From positions 1,851,324-1,915,323 of the forward strand of contig OZ316891.1 in NCBI GenBank assembly GCA_973895155.1: a stretch of DNA of 64,000 bases, in the 5' to 3' direction. Each line of letters begins with the position of its first letter. Within the stretch, counting starts at the first letter, position 1. Shown one piece after another: positions 61,983 to 64,000 of this stretch. The DNA comes from Marsupella aquatica. Taxonomy: Eukaryota > Plantae > Marchantiophyta. A program made the position numbers and the translations under genes. The notes beneath the pieces are model-generated. The model saw nothing but the letters and a program-made list of their open reading frames with translations. It was not told the DNA's origin and ran no database searches.

Positions 61983-64000
61983 TCAAACTTGGTCCTCATC
62001 CTCTTCAGGTTGGGACACAACCAAAATATCTGGTTTTTCCCCAACAACTGAACGAGATCGTGGCACATATGTGATGACAAGTGACCATTCCTCTGGGTTT
62101 GGGGGGTATGGAATATAGAAACATTATTCCACATGACTTGGAAAAGTGAACGTCTTCGATGTTTGCCAATGAGATGGCTGGAAACTAGTGGCAGATATCT
62201 TTAGCGGTGTAAATCCACACTCATCTTGAAGCACGGTAGGACTGTTACCTGCAAGGGTCACTTTGAACCACTTGCACTTGAAGACATACTCTTCAAACTT
62301 TGATTGTGCATCATAAGAGATCACTAGGATCTCCTCTATCTTTCCATAATGTGGCACAACATCTCAAATAATATTTGTGTCATGGCGACTGTTGCGGGAA
62401 TCTTGAGAGAATTGTCCTTGAACTCCATAATCAAAGGTACGACCCCTCTTCTCATCAAGGGAAGAAACCCTAAAATCCACCAAACCATAAGGACATGTTA
62501 CAAAAATAGGCATAAACATATAACAATTAATATCACATGCCAAAAAATTATCTCTTCAATATATGTGGGTGTATTACACATAAATTAAAATCACCATAGA
62601 TGAAAGGTTACTAAGGTACTTGGAAATAACCTGAAATGTCTCCCTTGTGTCTACATTGCCGTCCTTGTTGTAACCATTCTCAAGGGACCATGAACAATGG
62701 TACGGACATCATCTATGATAGCTGGAAAATGTAATAGATTCTCTCCCCTCGCTACCATGTCATCCACCTCAACCAACTTCTCCTTCATGTAGTCATGGTA
62801 CTTTGGAAAGATCCTTGGTCTTCTACTGGTACTTTTGGCATCCTCATAGAAATCCCTCCATTCTTCCATGATAGTGCTGTTACTCAACATGAATGTGGTT
62901 AGTTGTTTCAACTCCACTGGTGTCAACATGCGGGTTTTGATAGCACCTGTTAAACGATCCTCCTCATCTTCCCTCTCCTCTACCCAAGTACGGGGAGAGG
63001 TACGATCAATTGTGGCCAATATGTTACTGCAATAGAACATACTCTCTGCTGCCAAGTATCCTGTAGCCATGCTTCCCTCAACCTGTGCCTGGTTACGTAC
63101 ATAACCCTTTAATACTGCCATGTACCGTTCCAACCAATACATCCACCGACAATGCACAGGACTAGCAATGGCCACCTCATGAACAAGATGAACAAGTAAA
63201 TGCACTTGGCAATCAAAAAAGGAAGGGCCTTTTCTAACTTGCATACCACCTCTGCTGCCAGTACCTCCATTCCCGGGATCTCTTCATAGTATATCTCCTT
63301 AGAACATGTACCCATCTCAATAGTTTTCCCAATGACCAAATGGCAGATCTTGCACTTCTGAACTTGCCAAACCTATTATGGCCGCGGGCAATATATGTTG
63401 CAATAACTGATGATAGTCATGCGTCTTGAGATACATTGGCCACTTATGATTGTCCTCCATCCCAAAGGCCTTCCGGAGATTGGCACCATAACCAGTAGGA
63501 AACCGCATGCCTCCTATGCGATTCCTAAACTCCCTTCTCTGGCCAACAGGAAGCACCCATGGGGCTGAAGGTCGATGTTCTATCCCTGTGATAGGATCAA
63601 TTGTGACCCATACATCTGGATGCATCTCAAGATCCTCATAAGCCTCCCTAAAGTTAGTGTCCTTTTCTCCACAGAAAGCCTTTATCAAAGCCTTTCCCAC
63701 ATTTCCCTCAATGTGCATGGGGTCTAATAGATGGCGGATCTTCAACTCTCCCCAATAAGGCAAAGTGGTTAATATACTCCATCTAGTCAACCTGCTACCC
63801 TCAAATTGCATGGGATCCTCCGGGTTTGCCACTCTATCAGCCAAGTCTTTCCAATGTGCAAAAGTTGTTGGCTCTGGTATATCACGTTCATCACCAAAGG
63901 CCATATCAATGGAGGAAAATAGTAGTGGGTCAAACCTCATCTGATGGCCCATTGGCAGAAACTTTGTATGCCCAAGATAAACAATCTTGTGAAGGTGTGA
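61983..64000 (-). pseudogene. Second CACTA transposase (3' half), related to the inner one
   Basis: LDPMHIEGNVGKALIK, RFPTGYGANLRKAF, LKTHDYH, SPVHCRWMYWLERYM, HYGKIEEI...FKCKWFK. Frameshifts and stops; intron 62470-62630. Confidence 0.93.

Larger units (their letters stand above)
50359..64000 (-). mobile_element. Outer CACTA element; 3' terminus at 50359, extends beyond the window end, interrupted by the inner CACTA
   Basis: CACTACTCCATATTTGTCGTTTTTGCGAAG terminus followed by TTTGCGA/TCGCAAA subterminal repeats. The purine-rich tract resumes after 61706 and leads into the transposase 3' end. Confidence 0.78.

Overview
AT-rich, TE-dense nuclear DNA of a bryophyte, most likely a liverwort. 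The host is inferred from a plastid insertion carrying rpl21, rpl32, cysT, a pseudo trnP-GGG, trnL-UAG and ccsA. Host genes are a multi-exon LRR receptor kinase (- strand, about 12.2-17.8 kb) and two copies of an intronless, damaged ARIADNE RBR E3 ligase in a roughly 1.2 kb direct duplication. The rest is mostly mobile DNA: a Helitron-like insert, a 4.3 kb TIR element containing the rearranged plastid fragment, at least six MITEs with 8-bp TSDs, an apparently intact 4-exon Plavaka-type transposase gene, a PIF/Harbinger element, and a complete 10.4 kb CACTA nested in a second CACTA. The most notable result is in the inner CACTA. It encodes a stand-alone SET-domain (lysine methyltransferase-like) exon between the transposase-associated N-terminal exon and the transposase body. 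In-phase splice acceptors would let the same N-terminus join either the SET domain or the transposase, which suggests a transposon-encoded chromatin modifier. All domain calls come from motif recognition by eye, with no database searches.
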